A stretch of DNA of 64,000 nucleotides. It comes from a virus. The stretch covers positions 32,001 to 96,000 of the IMG/VR virus record IMGVR_UViG_3300047494_000107, one strand, 5' to 3'. Below, one piece after another: positions 56,262-64,000 of this stretch. Each line of letters opens with the position of its first letter. Position 1 is the stretch's first letter. The notes beneath the pieces were generated by a model. The model saw nothing but the letters and a program-made list of their open reading frames with translations, was not told where the DNA came from and searched no databases. The translations under genes were made by a program, and so were the position numbers.

Positions 56262-56618
56262 ATGCGCCACGTCACCGACGACTTCATAGAGGTGCTCCGG
56301 TACGCGCCGAAAAGCGACGAGGGCCTGCTCGTCTGCCGAGCCTTGCACCTCGCTCGCGCCGAAGGGTGGGTCAAGCCTCCCAAGTGCTTCGGCTACTTTG
56401 AGTTGTTCGTCGACTCACGAGCACTGGCGCTCTTGATACGGCCTGATGAAGCTATGGGGTATTCCGCCGTGACTCATTTTGACCTTGGCTACTCCAGCTC
56501 GGCCGTCCGTCTCGTGCTGCCAGACGGTGAAACCACCTATGTGACCGTCGACGCCCCCACAGAGCCATTGGCGCTCGCGCTCGCCTTTCTACTCGCTCAT
56601 TCTGCCCTGCGCGCGTAA
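56262..56618 (+). CDS. Hypothetical protein
   Basis: Precedes primase; APT.PLAL..A C-terminus. Confidence 0.55.
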   Translation: MRHVTDDFIEVLRYAPKSDEGLLVCRALHLARAEGWVKPPKCFGYFELFVDSRALALLIRPDEAMGYSAVTHFDLGYSSSAVRLVLPDGETTYVTVDAPTEPLALALAFLLAHSALRA

Positions 56619-56630
56619 CGCCGCCCCGAC

Positions 56631-58964
56631 GTGTCATCCGCAGTGGATGGGCGCGTGGATGCGCTGCAGCCCGACCCGGCCGCCATCAACCAATGGATGG
56701 CCACCTGGTTCGCCAAGTGCGATGCAGGGAACATCGAACTCGCATGGTCCGACCCTCAGACCGGGAAGGTCAACCGCGCTCGGCAGTTCGCGCTCGGCAA
56801 CCCTGAGATCGGCGAGATCGCCGCTCAACTGAACCGCACGCCGAACGTCAATGTCTACTACATGGCGGCGACGACCAGGAGCGCCGACAACCGTCGTTCC
56901 TGCGACGACGATGTTGTCCAATCTCCGGGGTTCTGGATCGACCAGGACTCCGAAGAGCACGTCAGGGCCACCGACAACATCCTGCCCATGCTCCGTCCCC
57001 AGTGGTGGATCGTCACGGGCCGGACGCCCTACCTTCGCCGCCACGGCTACTTCCTGACCGACGAGGTGATCCGCGAAGAGTCGGTCATCCGCAATTTCAA
57101 CGACCGTCTCATCAGCCTCTACCGCTGCGACAAGACCACGGTGAACCCGAGCCGCCTGCTTCGATGCCCCTACACTATCGCATGGCCGTCGAAACGCGGC
57201 GCACCGATCCCCGGCCGAATCCCCGAGCTGACGTACTTCACTCGGGAGGATCTATGCGCCCCGGACCACTACACCAGGGCCCACCTCGACCTGAACCTGC
57301 CGCGGATCGCTGAAGCCCCGGAACGGAAGCCGTTACCGGCCCAGCCCTCCAGCCCCGTCATCTTGCCCGACGGCGAGCGTGTCGAGACGTTCGACGAACT
57401 GTTCGCCAAGCTGCAGACGTCGGCATTCGGCCGACATGACACGCTGAATCGTCTCATCGCCTCCATGATGACGCGCGGCATGCCCGACAGCGCCATCATC
57501 GACCTGTTGGCACAGCCGAAGTTCAACGTGCCCGACCATGCCGGCCGGGCGATGGGCGATGCCGAGTGGCACGAAGAAGTCTCCAGCCGAGTCAAGCGCG
57601 ATCGCGCCAGTGGCAAGTTCGGGGCGCCTGACCCCGACCCGCCAGCCACCACGGCGTACGATCATGTCCGGCAGAATTTCCAGCCGATCACTCAAGACAC
57701 TGACCCGACCGCTGAGCCCCGCACGTACGGGACGCTCAGCCTCAGTCAAATGGTCATCAAGCACGGGCCGCCGCCCGAGTGGCTGATCCATGGCGTCATC
57801 CCTCGCCGCGATGTCACGCTGCTGTCGGGGCTTCCTGGCGCCGGCAAGTCCCCGATCGCACAGATGTGGGTCGCCCATCTCATCACAGGACAACCATGGG
57901 ACGAGCGGCCATCTGTCCCATGCAACGTGTGCTATGTCGCGCGAGAGAGCGAAGGCCAGACCGCTCGCAACATTCACTCCATGGTGCGGGAAATTCTTGA
58001 AGCCCGCGAGGGGCTTCCGAGAGATTCCATAACGGAACCGCTCCTCGACCACATGCTGTCTGGCAATTTTATATCAATCACCAGCCGTGCATGGAACGAT
58101 GAGGCCAACCCGCCGTTCTTCATTGAGACGGAAATGGACATCCTCATTGCCACGCTCGAAAAAGAGTGCCGCCCAGGCGGTCAGTTCGCTGGCGGCGAGC
58201 CCGACCTCACGGTCATCGACACACTGCGCGCCGCGTCCGTCGGCTCGCTCAGCGACGACAAGGACATGAGCGTCGTGCAGCGTGAGATCGCCCGGCTGAA
58301 GGCGCGATTCCCGAACATGGCCGTACTCCTGCTCACCCACGCGGCGAAAGCCCAACCCGGCGGCGTGTCCGGCACCAACCGCATTGACGGTTTCTCGGAC
58401 AATATCTTCAGCGTCATCCTGACCACCCGGGATGCTGACATCGACGATGACGACGCGGTCAAGCGGCCGAAGAACTACGGCCCTGACAGCGAGGGGTATG
58501 TCTACCGAGCGATGAAGCTCCTGCACCTGCGGTACAAGAACTGGCAGACCCTTCGTAATACGCGCATAACCGCGCGCATCAAGGAATCGCACCTGTCTCT
58601 GCTGGTCGGGGAGCAAGGGTCGAGGATGCTCGAAACAGCTACGAACGGAAAATTTACTTCTGTGGTTGAGCCCGAAGCCTTCGCGGCATCATCTCAGCAA
58701 AACGTGAACATACTCACAATAAATGACGAGGCCAACATCACGCTTCTTCTGCTAGTGTCGACGACGCATAAGGGCGGAGTGACGACGCAGTTTGTCGCAG
58801 ACGCTCTCAAGACTATGAAACTACGCGCTGACATTCAGCGGGTGCTTCGTATCGGCCACGACGACTGTTTGGGGGCTGTAAAGCGTCGGCTGTTCGTCAT
58901 GAGCGCCACAGGCCAACTGACACACTCCGTACACAACGGAGAAAACATATGGCGATATCCGTAG
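56631..58964 (+). CDS. Primase-helicase (RepB-like primase plus AAA_25 RecA-type helicase)
   Basis: WIDQD, H.Y, NPSRLLR.P.T; GLPGAGKS, VIDT, LLTH..K. Confidence 0.85.
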   Translation: MSSAVDGRVDALQPDPAAINQWMATWFAKCDAGNIELAWSDPQTGKVNRARQFALGNPEIGEIAAQLNRTPNVNVYYMAATTRSADNRRSCDDDVVQSPGFWIDQDSEEHVRATDNILPMLRPQWWIVTGRTPYLRRHGYFLTDEVIREESVIRNFNDRLISLYRCDKTTVNPSRLLRCPYTIAWPSKRGAPIPGRIPELTYFTREDLCAPDHYTRAHLDLNLPRIAEAPERKPLPAQPSSPVILPDGERVETFDELFAKLQTSAFGRHDTLNRLIASMMTRGMPDSAIIDLLAQPKFNVPDHAGRAMGDAEWHEEVSSRVKRDRASGKFGAPDPDPPATTAYDHVRQNFQPITQDTDPTAEPRTYGTLSLSQMVIKHGPPPEWLIHGVIPRRDVTLLSGLPGAGKSPIAQMWVAHLITGQPWDERPSVPCNVCYVARESEGQTARNIHSMVREILEAREGLPRDSITEPLLDHMLSGNFISITSRAWNDEANPPFFIETEMDILIATLEKECRPGGQFAGGEPDLTVIDTLRAASVGSLSDDKDMSVVQREIARLKARFPNMAVLLLTHAAKAQPGGVSGTNRIDGFSDNIFSVILTTRDADIDDDDAVKRPKNYGPDSEGYVYRAMKLLHLRYKNWQTLRNTRITARIKESHLSLLVGEQGSRMLETATNGKFTSVVEPEAFAASSQQNVNILTINDEANITLLLLVSTTHKGGVTTQFVADALKTMKLRADIQRVLRIGHDDCLGAVKRRLFVMSATGQLTHSVHNGENIWRYP

Positions 58965-59153
58965 GTTAGAGTTTCACTACGGCGATAGACAGTTACGATA
59001 CAGAACGTCACACGCGCGAAAAGCTGCCGAAATCGGCCGGTTAAACGTGTTTGTGAGAGCACGACCGTATGCCCGCGCTCGACAAAACTGAATCTATCTG
59101 TATCTTTCGTGCGGCAGATGTAAGAATGTGCGAACGTACGCAAAGGGGATTTC

Positions 59154-59603
59154 GTGTTGGCGGCTTACAGCGTAAAAGACCAAGCCCTTGATATCATTGT
59201 GCATATCCTCCTGAAGAAGCCGGAAGGCATGCGGATGAAGGAGCTGCTCAGCGAGATCGACGGCCACGCGATGACCGCGCCAATGCGAAAGACGTTCGGC
59301 GTGAACCCTCTCCAGCAGCGCACCTATACGGGGCGGCTCCTGAAAGCGGCGCGGGTCAAAGGTCTCGTCAACAAGACGGGCAAAATCCAGGATTCGACGT
59401 GGATAGCCGTATGGGGCGACATGATTCCGGACAATCAGCGCTTCAAGATAGAGAACGGCGAGATCGTGGAGAGCGAACTCGCCGCAATGGACACGCTTAG
59501 GAATGTGGTCAGTATCGCCATGGGCCGGAAGCCAAAGCCAGCCACTGCACCCAAGCGGGCGGGGCAAAAGCCACGGCCTGGAAAACCACCGCGCAGGAGT
59601 TAG
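59154..59603 (+). CDS. Basic hypothetical protein (winged-HTH-like)
   Basis: IL..KPEGMR.KEL; RBS AGGGG. Confidence 0.5.
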   Translation: MLAAYSVKDQALDIIVHILLKKPEGMRMKELLSEIDGHAMTAPMRKTFGVNPLQQRTYTGRLLKAARVKGLVNKTGKIQDSTWIAVWGDMIPDNQRFKIENGEIVESELAAMDTLRNVVSIAMGRKPKPATAPKRAGQKPRPGKPPRRS

Positions 59604-59806
59604 GCGACCGATCGCGGAGCAAATTCTTCTGCGCGCGAAACGCGCTTCTGAGCCCAGCGGCCTATCAAAAGGGCGAGTTCTTCTGGCGTATTCGCGATGT
59701 ACTGTTGAACCACGAACGAGCCATCTTCTTCGATCGTGTCACCCGTGATGACCCAGCCATTTGCGGCATTCACGACAGTCAGTTCGGCGTAGCTGGCATT
59801 TATCAC
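59600..59806 (-). CDS. Small hypothetical protein
   Basis: ANGWVI motif. Confidence 0.55.
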   Translation of the reverse strand: MINASYAELTVVNAANGWVITGDTIEEDGSFVVQQYIANTPEELALLIGRWAQKRVSRAEEFAPRSVA

Positions 59807-60025
59807 TTCTCTGCCCCTGTCCTGATTTTAGCCCGTTGTGGGCTGACTTGTTAGTTTAACATACGCTCAACCGACGACACCGCAACAAGATAAATACGTA
59901 TACTTCATAGCGTATAGAAAACGTAAAAGCCCATTTGCGATACGTTCTATTGCACAGCACAAGTGGTATATCGTATACGAGTTCACATGCCCGACTTTTT
60001 AAGTGCTGCCGTAAAACGCTTGACG

Positions 60026-60622
60026 CTAGTCGTCAAGGTGCAGCGGCGCCCATGGGTCCGGAGTCTTCACGTCATCCCGATCGGCCAGTAATTCGGCGAG
60101 TTCACGCTGGACCTGAGCCAACTCGGTCGCCAGCTTGATCTCAAGGTCTGTACGCGGACACGCAGTCGGAGGCTCGCCTGTCAAGCCGTTCCTCGACCAC
60201 AATTTTGTGATGTTGTGAGTTCGGGCATCGGCACCATCGGCGTTAATCTGACGGTAGACGTGCTCCAGATACCAGAGGATGTCGCCACACTCGGACAGGA
60301 CCGAATCGCGGTCGAGCGCAACCTCGCCCGCCAGCGCCTTGTGCAGGATCTCCGCCAGTTCACCGGCCTCGGAGATCACACCGATGACGCCTCTGGTAAT
60401 GTCCAGAAGGTCTTCGCGCAGTTGTACCGACGTCATGTGGTTCGTGCGGTGGCTGTCAAGGGGCTCACCGCGGAATAGGGCACGCTCTATCCGGTCGGCC
60501 CTGGCGGCGATCGTCGTGGCCTGAGTGAGGAAGGTATCCATCTCCCAGGAGAAGACCTTGTCGGTGTGGAACCCTCCCACGACGGTCTGCTGCACGGCTT
60601 CGGCGTAGGTGCGTTCATCCAT
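60026..60622 (-). CDS. MazG-like nucleotide pyrophosphohydrolase
   Basis: G..SEAGEL.E; E.GD.LWY; N..KL..R. Confidence 0.85.
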   Translation of the reverse strand: MDERTYAEAVQQTVVGGFHTDKVFSWEMDTFLTQATTIAARADRIERALFRGEPLDSHRTNHMTSVQLREDLLDITRGVIGVISEAGELAEILHKALAGEVALDRDSVLSECGDILWYLEHVYRQINADGADARTHNITKLWSRNGLTGEPPTACPRTDLEIKLATELAQVQRELAELLADRDDVKTPDPWAPLHLDD

Positions 60623-60644
60623 GAATTAAGTCCTTGGTGTAGTG

Positions 60645-60845
60645 TTAATATCCAGTCTTAACACAGTGGGTATCAGACGGAATACGGCCGTCAGCTAAGT
60701 GCTCCTGGAAATGCGCTTGGGCCTTATTGCACAGTGTCTCTGTGGCAAATGGTATCGTAAAACTGGTGACAGCCGGATGTTCGTAGTTCGAGTCACTTGG
60801 CATGTTCGTCCATAGCACGACCACGAGAACCCACGCCGGCAACAT
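60645..60845 (-). CDS. Small exported protein
   Basis: Hydrophobic N-terminus; F.T...C..A..CV. Confidence 0.55.
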   Translation of the reverse strand: MLPAWVLVVVLWTNMPSDSNYEHPAVTSFTIPFATETLCNKAQAHFQEHLADGRIPSDTHCVKTGY

Positions 60846-61024
60846 CACATGTAGTCCCGGCCGAACCACGCCAAGGCCACCAGCCCGGCAATGGCGATCA
60901 CCGCCAAAGTAAGCGTCCTGACAGGATGCTGCTCCCAGTCATCGCCGGCCTGCCACAGCCTGACGAGCCAACTCTCGGGCTTCACGGCGTAGGTCTCTGA
61001 CGGCGTCGCGTTCTCGCTGTCCAT
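60845..61024 (-). CDS. 59-aa membrane protein (MDSENATPS start; below ORF-track cutoff)
   Basis: AAGGAGG RBS, TGATG overlaps at both ends, C-terminal TM segment. Confidence 0.6.
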   Translation of the reverse strand: MDSENATPSETYAVKPESWLVRLWQAGDDWEQHPVRTLTLAVIAIAGLVALAWFGRDYM

Positions 61025-61962
61025 CAGACGTCCTCCTTCGGGCGCCCGTTTTCATCCAACGTGTACCAAACATAAGGTTTGATACCGTCTCTCCCCACGA
61101 TTCCGGCCCACGCGTGGGTGATGTTCCAGTCGTCGTCTCGTCGCGCTAAAAACAAAGCGTTTCCTGTAACGCCCATGACGCGACCGTACTTGCCGGATGA
61201 CATTGCGGCGGACCGGTCGCCCGTGGAGGAGGCGGCGGACTGATCGCCCGTGGAGGAGGCGGCGGACTGGTAGCCCGTGGAGGAGGCGGCGGACTGGTAG
61301 CCCGTGGAGGAGGCGGCGGACTGGTCGCCCGTGGAGGAGGCGGCGGACTGGTCGCCCGTGGAGGAGGCGGCGGACTGGTAGCCCGTGGAGGAGGCGGCGG
61401 ACTGGTCGCCCGTGGAGGAGGCGGCGGACTGGTAGCCCGTGGAGGAGGCGGCGGACTGGTAGCCCGTGGAGGAGGCGGCGGACCGGTCGCCCGTGGAGGA
61501 GGCGGCGGACTGGTAGCCCGTGGAGGAGGCGGCGGACCGGTCGCCCGTGGAGGAGGCGGCGGACTGGTAGCCCTCGACGTGCTTGCTCCCCGTAGCCGTT
61601 GCTCGCGCGATCACCCATTCGATGGCGCGCTTGACAAGATCGGGAATCTTGATCTCAGCGTCGATGGTGATGCGCGCGCTGGCGATCTTCGCGTCATCGG
61701 CGCTCTCACGTGATGTTTCGCCGGACTGCCGAACATCCGCGTAACGAGAGGCGCCGGGCGCATAGTAGCTGAACACGCTGAGCGGATGATGGTCGACGCT
61801 GCACGCGTGAAAACCAGACTGGCAGGCGATGACAGGTCCGACATGCTCGTAGGTCTTGCCGACCTCGAACTGATAGCCACGACATTTCCAGTCGAGGTCA
61901 AAGCCTTTAATTGACGCGATCTCTTCATCTGTATCCGACGGTGTTGCGTTCTCGCTGTCCAT
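61024..61962 (-). CDS. Phage protein with KGF..CRGYQFEVG/C.SGFHAC domain and 9-aa repeats
   Basis: GGGAG RBS then ATG at 61962; C-terminal VG..GIKP..WY.L. Confidence 0.8.
   Translation of the reverse strand: MDSENATPSDTDEEIASIKGFDLDWKCRGYQFEVGKTYEHVGPVIACQSGFHACSVDHHPLSVFSYYAPGASRYADVRQSGETSRESADDAKIASARITIDAEIKIPDLVKRAIEWVIARATATGSKHVEGYQSAASSTGDRSAASSTGYQSAASSTGDRSAASSTGYQSAASSTGYQSAASSTGDQSAASSTGYQSAASSTGDQSAASSTGDQSAASSTGYQSAASSTGYQSAASSTGDQSAASSTGDRSAAMSSGKYGRVMGVTGNALFLARRDDDWNITHAWAGIVGRDGIKPYVWYTLDENGRPKEDV
61195..61572 (-). repeat. 27-bp coding tandem repeat, 14 units
   Basis: G(YQ/DQ/DR)SAASST x13 plus one degenerate unit. Confidence 0.95.
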
Positions 61963-61982
61963 GTCTGTCTCCCATGTGCTGT

Positions 61983-62660
61983 TCATTCCCAGAAGCTCGC
62001 CAGCGGCTTCACGCCGGCCTCGTCTATCAACCGCGTCACCAAGTCGATGAATGCCCCGCGTGCCGCCGAGGGTGTCATCAGCGTCTGCGTCGGCACATGC
62101 GAACACGGCGGAAGCGCCGGCCAATCTCGCAACGGCGTCGCCATGAAGTCTCGCTTCTCGACCGCCAAGGCCAGCAGATCGGCCTTCTTGACCTTCCGCT
62201 CCAATTCGCCGAACTCATCGGCCGGGCAGTAGAGCAAACGCTCCGTCAGCCCTGCCGCGGCCTCGACCGCCACCTGGACGCGCTGTTGAAGCGCCTTCAC
62301 AGGGTTGAACGCCACGTCAAAACGCTGACGGATAAGCTCACCCAGGGCATCCTGCATCGGCGACGTGATATCGCCCGTGACGTATTCGTGGGCGTCATGC
62401 AGCGCCGCCATCAGCATCTCGAATGCCGAGGCTTTCGGGGGCATGAGACTGGCCACCAGGACGCTGTGCTGCGCCACCGAATAGGGCGGTTCGACGACTC
62501 CCGTAGCGACGCACGTATGGTTGGCGAACCTGCCCTCACGAGACAGCGCCACACCAATGTCACGCAGCCGAATGACGTGCGGATCAGGGTCCAAGAGTTG
62601 GAACGGGGCGCCGCTACGCAGCTGCATCCAGGTGCGGGACAGGACTTCAGGACTGGTCAT
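61983..62660 (-). CDS. HD-domain 5'-deoxynucleotidase (YfbR-like)
   Basis: DI..ALS...RF.NH; YSVAQHS; LHDAHE...GDI..P; AD. Confidence 0.88.
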   Translation of the reverse strand: MTSPEVLSRTWMQLRSGAPFQLLDPDPHVIRLRDIGVALSREGRFANHTCVATGVVEPPYSVAQHSVLVASLMPPKASAFEMLMAALHDAHEYVTGDITSPMQDALGELIRQRFDVAFNPVKALQQRVQVAVEAAAGLTERLLYCPADEFGELERKVKKADLLALAVEKRDFMATPLRDWPALPPCSHVPTQTLMTPSAARGAFIDLVTRLIDEAGVKPLASFWE

Positions 62661-63226
62661 GCCACGCTCGTCTCATTGAAGACGGTCTCGACGATGCACT
62701 TGACCTTGGAATGCAACTGCTCGACCGACCCGTCGTTGAACACAGTCCAGTCCACCTTCAAGTCGGCGATGAACGCCTCGCTGGCGTGGCTCTGGCCGAT
62801 GTCGCCGGGATTGTTGGGCCGTTCGATGCGGATGACGATGCCGCCCAGATCGTGAATGCGTTCGACCTCGTTGGGGAAGCGCACATCCGTCACGACGACG
62901 TCGGAGTGCTGAGATGCCACGTCTTCGAATGTATCAAGCCAAAAGTCGGGGTCCATATCCACGCGGCCCCACTCGGTCCCCAGCGTCTGGGCGGCATGCC
63001 GCGGTGTCTGGTTGGAGAGGTAAGGGCTTGGTACGTGTTTTAGGACGCCCCAAAGCGCGGCGTTGATGTGTTCCTCTTTTGCGCCGCGAATGCGCATCAG
63101 CGTCGCGAGCATCTCTTTGAGCGGATCGGCGAATGCGACGCGTGTGGCGCCTTCGCGCACGAGACCCAGCGCCGCCGTGTCCTTGCCGGCTCCCGCATAG
63201 CCGCACAACCCGACGAGGCGGATCAT
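62657..63226 (-). CDS. Deoxynucleoside monophosphate kinase
   Basis: G.AGAGKDT; FADPLK; Q.LGTEWGR; DVRFPNE; HASE. Confidence 0.92.
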   Translation of the reverse strand: MIRLVGLCGYAGAGKDTAALGLVREGATRVAFADPLKEMLATLMRIRGAKEEHINAALWGVLKHVPSPYLSNQTPRHAAQTLGTEWGRVDMDPDFWLDTFEDVASQHSDVVVTDVRFPNEVERIHDLGGIVIRIERPNNPGDIGQSHASEAFIADLKVDWTVFNDGSVEQLHSKVKCIVETVFNETSVA

Positions 63227-63450
63227 ACCTCGACTCCGAGTTCGGCGAGGCGCTGTTTGATGGCCGTGGCTTCGCCTTCGAAGAAAAAAGTGGCCGCTCG
63301 CACTATATCGGCGAGAAAGTCTTCGTTAGAGCTAATATGCCGATGTATCACGCTTAGCGCTACATAACCGTTAATGGCTGCACTAGTTAGCGCAGTTTTA
63401 TCCTCCTTCAACCTATGCAGGTCGTTGCGCAACCGCGCAACCTCATCCAT
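63223..63450 (-). CDS. Hypothetical protein
   Basis: GGAGG RBS; ends L.ELGVE. Confidence 0.6.
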   Translation of the reverse strand: MDEVARLRNDLHRLKEDKTALTSAAINGYVALSVIHRHISSNEDFLADIVRAATFFFEGEATAIKQRLAELGVEV

Positions 63451-63557
63451 ATCCTCCAGCTTCACAACGCCTGTCCTCCCATCCGTGTCACTTGAGACTC
63501 TGGCTGTATCAAGACAGGCTGTCAATCAGGTTTCCGGCATTTCAGCAACTTTTTGTA

Positions 63558-63755
63558 TCACCGCGTTGATACAACCCTCAGATGGCGGCGCTGTTCGACA
63601 TCGTACGCTTTCAAATCGTAAATTGAGCGGAAAGGTGGCCACTCAATGGCACCGACCTTCCTCTTTTCGTCCGCCTGGCGTTCCAGGTGCGCCAGAAGCG
63701 CTCGGTAACCGAGGACGATCGCCAAGGCCCCGCATGTGACAGCGAATCCGTACAT
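63558..63755 (-). CDS. Small membrane-anchored protein
   Basis: RBS AAGGGG; N-terminal TM segment. Confidence 0.5.
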   Translation of the reverse strand: MYGFAVTCGALAIVLGYRALLAHLERQADEKRKVGAIEWPPFRSIYDLKAYDVEQRRHLRVVSTR

Positions 63756-64000
63756 GGACTACCCCTTCTTTCGGTAGCCGATCGACGCCACGACGACGAG
63801 CACGACCAGCAATATGTCAAAACCCATCCAGACTTCCGCCGTGACAGGACTGTAGAGAGCACTCGGTGTCGTCGCCCCAGTATGCGTGGTGAGTGTCGGG
63901 TTCAAAATCTTACCTCCCATAGCGGCACATGGCCCTGTTTCAGAATGTCCGTCATGTTTCTCGTGCCAGGGCCGCCGGGGAACGCCACAGCCGCGTCGGG

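Larger units (their letters stand above)
1..64000. mobile_element. Temperate myovirus-type phage genome segment (attP form), probable alphaproteobacterial host
   Basis: Sheath, tube, baseplate, endolysin, integrase with tRNA fragment, PolA and primase-helicase are present; no host housekeeping genes are seen. Confidence 0.93.

Noticed and set aside
59845-60665. CtrA boxes (TTAA-N7-TTAA)
   Set aside because: Only half-sites or wrong spacing (9 and 15 nt) were found
61195-61572. 27-bp repeats as a CRISPR array
   Set aside because: Units are contiguous with no unique spacers and are in frame within a protein
60026-62660. 2-aminoadenine (Z) genome pathway
   Set aside because: No PurZ-like ORF in the window; HD and MazG proteins alone are common in phages

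Overview
The window is a 64-kb segment of a temperate, contractile-tailed phage. The host is most likely an alphaproteobacterium, judging from the GapR/DUF2312 homologue and the tRNA-Thr fragment. Phage genes flank the att site on both sides, so this looks like the unintegrated attP form. Left to right it contains: fibre/depolymerase-like genes, most with export signal peptides (1-10 kb); sheath, tube, chaperones, tape measure and hub (10-18 kb); a small accessory block; an inverted baseplate operon (20.4-27.4 kb); an expanded lysis module (27.6-32.7 kb); two divergent arrays of tiny genes with conserved junction motifs (32.9-37.5 kb); a four-gene exported-protein operon; attP and a tyrosine integrase (40.3-41.5 kb); and a replication/early region (PolA, SSB, Cas4-like nuclease, helicase, RuvC, GapR, primase-helicase, MazG, HD hydrolase, dNMP kinase). 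No head or packaging genes are in the window. The most notable signals are: (1) attP carries the 5' half of tRNA-Thr(UGU), implying a promoter swap on integration; (2) tail-fibre-like proteins carry signal peptides and paired cysteines; (3) the small-gene arrays have repeated boundary motifs; (4) a 9-bp motif, CTTGATACA, recurs across the window; (5) the tail resembles that of Herelleviridae and has a candidate +1 frameshift. All product calls come from motif recognition by eye; no searches were run.
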